From assembly GCA_963777155.1 (NCBI GenBank), contig CAVZPM010000001.1:160001-224000 (forward strand): a stretch of 64,000 nt of DNA, written 5' to 3'. A model generated the notes under the pieces. The model was not told where the DNA came from, did no database searches, and worked only from the letters and a program-made list of their open reading frames with translations. How positions within the stretch are numbered: position 1 is the first letter of the stretch; each line of letters opens with the position of its first letter. Origin of the DNA: Candidatus Bathyarchaeota archaeon. Lineage in GTDB: Archaea; Thermoproteota; Bathyarchaeia; Bathyarchaeales; Bathycorpusculaceae. Shown one piece after another: positions 61,606 through 64,000 of this stretch. A program made the translations under genes and the position numbers.

Positions 61606-61941
61606 ATGGTGAAGAATGTGGAAGAAGAAAAGATAAAGCGCGTGCTAACAGAGCCCAAGTTGGCTGCTATAAAAACTATGCTCGAAAAAGATCACGCTAT
61701 TGACTGCCTACTGTTGCTCCATACAGGACGCGGCAAATGGAAAGATGCTAAAGACTTCATGAAAGACAACAACTTAACGCTTAGCGACGGAACCTTTAGG
61801 GCTAGAATGATTGAGATCGAATCCCTGGGTTTAGCTAAAAGTGAACGTATCGATCCACTCAAGAAGTATTATGTTAAGACTGTTCTTGGGGAAAAAGTAG
61901 CACAGCTTCTTCTCGGCTTCTTTGACGAGCTTGGGGCTTAG
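61606..61941 (+). CDS. Winged-helix DNA-binding protein
   Basis: 'SDGTFRARMIEIESLGL...YYVKTVLGEKVA' wHTH pattern. Confidence 0.7.
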   Translation: MVKNVEEEKIKRVLTEPKLAAIKTMLEKDHAIDCLLLLHTGRGKWKDAKDFMKDNNLTLSDGTFRARMIEIESLGLAKSERIDPLKKYYVKTVLGEKVAQLLLGFFDELGA

Positions 61942-62109
61942 CATTTTTATTTTCGGATGGCCTCTGCCGTTTTCTTTCCTTTTTTGGTTTTTTAATTCTT
62001 TCTTGTAGATTTGTTCTACACTGTAATAATAGTGTTTAGTAAGACGTAATACTTAAAAGGCTGAATTCGACGATAAGTATAACAAACCAACAAGAAGGAA
62101 AAAAAGAAA

Positions 62110-62538
62110 ATGAATACATATCTAAGAAAAATAAAGAAGAACTCGAAAGCTCTTAGTCCAGTTATTGCATCCATTATCCTCATCGCTGTCACAGTCGCAG
62201 TCAGCGTCGTCGTCGCAGCATGGATGGGTGGAATGACCATTGGACTTATGGGAAATGCAGAGCAGGCATCGATTGCAAACATTGCATTTACGGGAACCAA
62301 TAACATAGACGTTTTGGTTCAAAACTCGGGCAGCACAACTGTAAACATTACACAGGCATATGTCAATGGAGTAGGTGCAACTATAACCAATGCAGCTCCG
62401 TGGTCAGTGGATAAATCTGGCGCTACAACATTTCACGTGACTTCACCATCTGATTTAGCTGCAGGCACATCATATCAAATCAAATTCATCACTGCAAAAG
62501 GCACCCAAATTCAAAACTCAGCAGTATACAACCCATAA
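62110..62538 (+). CDS. Archaeal type IV pilin (class III signal peptide)
   Basis: Basic leader 'RKIKKNSKA|LSPVIASIILIAVTVAVSVVV' PibD/FlaK site; short beta-rich globular domain. Confidence 0.9.
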   Translation: MNTYLRKIKKNSKALSPVIASIILIAVTVAVSVVVAAWMGGMTIGLMGNAEQASIANIAFTGTNNIDVLVQNSGSTTVNITQAYVNGVGATITNAAPWSVDKSGATTFHVTSPSDLAAGTSYQIKFITAKGTQIQNSAVYNP

Positions 62539-62575
62539 ATTCCTTTCTTTGGAACTTAAAGACTTTCGGGGGTAA

Positions 62576-62614
62576 GGTGAAGCAAGCATTCACCCAATTT
62601 TCCTTTTCTCTTTT
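62576..62614 (+). terminator. Hairpin (GGTGAA-N7-TTCACC) followed by a T-rich tract downstream of the pilin gene
   Basis: 6-bp inverted repeat followed by TTTTCCTTTTCTCTTTT. Confidence 0.4.
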
Positions 62615-62639
62615 AAAAAAAATGTTGGAGTCATAAATC

Positions 62640-63065
62640 ATGGTAACACTAATCAAAGAATACACATCCGCTCAGGCAATAGCTGATGCAATGGACAAGC
62701 AGCTTTCAGAAACCAAGAGCGTACTTGGCGAGTACCTACGCAAACTCGATGAAATCCGTACGTTAGCGGAGAAATCAAAAAAAGTCCGCGAAGTCGTTAT
62801 GAGGTTGGCGGGTAAAAAAGCTCCAACTGAGAACACAAGCGAAATCACGGTGGGCACATTGAACATTGTTTTGGATGCTAGTCCATACCATGAGTTAATC
62901 GCTATAGAATCGGTCGTGCGTAGTTATCAAGAACGTCTGCTGGTTTTGCAGAAGGTACGTGAGGCGCTCAAGTGGCTTGACCAACTTGGTGACACGGAAG
63001 GTCTCAAGTACCTCGTTGTGGAGGACGAAGGTGTTCCAGAGCGTATCCTATTCAAGATATCCTAG
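62640..63065 (+). CDS. Hypothetical coiled-coil protein
   Basis: Two predicted amphipathic helices separated by short beta segments. Confidence 0.7.
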   Translation: MVTLIKEYTSAQAIADAMDKQLSETKSVLGEYLRKLDEIRTLAEKSKKVREVVMRLAGKKAPTENTSEITVGTLNIVLDASPYHELIAIESVVRSYQERLLVLQKVREALKWLDQLGDTEGLKYLVVEDEGVPERILFKIS

Positions 63066-63091
63066 AACACAAAGATAAGGAGAACAAAACG

Positions 63092-63898
63092 GTGACTGAG
63101 GCTCAAACTAATCCGCTCCAAATAATCCTTAATGAATTCAAAACCCTGAGCCCAGAAACCACAAACACACTAATTTTTAACAGCGATGGACAAACCATAG
63201 CAAATACAAAAATCCAACCTGAAGAAGAAACCAAAAAACTCATATCCGACTTTTGCAGCATAGCCCAGCAAGCTCAAACAATCGGTGGCATAGAAAACCT
63301 GATAATTCAGGCAGTCGACAGCCAACTAACTGTTACAACCATGGATAATCTGTATTTGACAATGGTCTCTTCGCGGGCAGCTAGCCAGGAAATTGTAAAG
63401 TCACTAACCTTAGTGGTGGTCCCCACAGTTGTCAAACTCATTAGCCAAAGGGCGATTCTGCCTACAGAAACCCAGTCGTCTCCGGCTATTGACCTTGAAG
63501 AAAAACCAGAAGAAATAGCTGTCTCACCCGCAATAGAAGAACCACTCATCGAACCAGTACCTAAAGCCGAAGAACCCGAAAAAACCTTCGAGCAGATTCT
63601 TCCCTTTATTCCTACTAACCAATTAATGGTTGAAAAAATCGTAGGCTTACTTGTCCCGGCTGATACCGTGCGAATTGATGGTGAAGTTATGGCGAAGTGG
63701 AGCGATCTATATGGTGGCAAGCAAATCTTAATGGTCAATATCGAAGCGTTGGATGGGAAAAAAGCCACCTGTAAGGTTAAGCCGATAAAAGAATCAAAAA
63801 ACAACGTCAAAGGTGCAATTCAAATTCCTGAAAGAATTCTGGAAAATCTTCAGACTGAAAAAGGCAAGCTGGTTATGGTTAAACCAGTAGTCGAATAA
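63092..63898 (+). CDS. Roadblock/LC7 (MglB-like) domain + acidic Pro/Glu linker + double-psi beta-barrel-like domain
   Basis: N-terminal 'ILNEFKTLSPETTNTLIFNSDGQTIA'; C-terminal 'TVRID...GAIQIPERILENLQTEKGKLVMVKP'. Confidence 0.6.
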   Translation: MTEAQTNPLQIILNEFKTLSPETTNTLIFNSDGQTIANTKIQPEEETKKLISDFCSIAQQAQTIGGIENLIIQAVDSQLTVTTMDNLYLTMVSSRAASQEIVKSLTLVVVPTVVKLISQRAILPTETQSSPAIDLEEKPEEIAVSPAIEEPLIEPVPKAEEPEKTFEQILPFIPTNQLMVEKIVGLLVPADTVRIDGEVMAKWSDLYGGKQILMVNIEALDGKKATCKVKPIKESKNNVKGAIQIPERILENLQTEKGKLVMVKPVVE

Positions 63899-63913
63899 GA
63901 ACGGTGAAAAAGG

Positions 63914-64000
63914 ATGAAGCAGAAAACATCAATTGAAACCTCATCCGCGCTCACTGATAGTGCAGCTATTGTTTCAGTTGGGGATGATAAGAACACATTC
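63914..64000 (+). CDS. Start of the next ORF, truncated by the window end
   Basis: ATG 15 nt after the previous stop, open to the end (MKQKTSIETSSALTDSAAIVSVGDDKNTF). Confidence 0.45.
   Translation, partial: MKQKTSIETSSALTDSAAIVSVGDDKNTF

Noticed and set aside
88-63810. Numerous 60-190 aa antisense or alternate-frame ORFs over core genes
   Set aside because: Shadow ORFs of well-supported genes with no motifs or RBS.
1-64000. CRISPR array, rRNA, intact transposase
   Set aside because: No regularly spaced repeats, rRNA-like tracts or transposase ORFs were seen.

Overview
Archaeal chromosomal segment, most consistent with Bathyarchaeia (inferred from gene content: eL22-like protein, smc-scpA-scpB, archaeal-type mevalonate pathway, tandem Lrp regulator, many C-terminally anchored surface proteins). 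Core blocks: tfe/trm56/hflX/mbf1, thrS, ilvE, AOR, proS, the proteasome-exosome superoperon, the rps13-rpoN ribosomal cluster, a mevalonate/isoprenoid cluster, gltX, srp19, rps8e, smc-scpAB, cgi121 and a type IV pilin. RNA elements: tRNA-Val(UAC) and a fluoride riboswitch before crcB. Two accessory regions (about 4.1-9.8 kb and 15.4-24.0 kb) encode membrane-anchored secreted proteins. These share an 'AxA|NP' N-terminus, PEF/EPFP-type C-terminal anchors and two recurring palindromic upstream motifs (TGTTCC-N5-GGAACA and TTAGTCAA-N6-TTGACTAA). One copy of the second motif precedes an uncharacterised Cys4 + triple winged-helix regulator. This candidate surface-protein regulon is the most novel-looking system. 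At least 11 single-base (+1) insertions break ORFs, including core genes, and are most likely sequencing or assembly errors.
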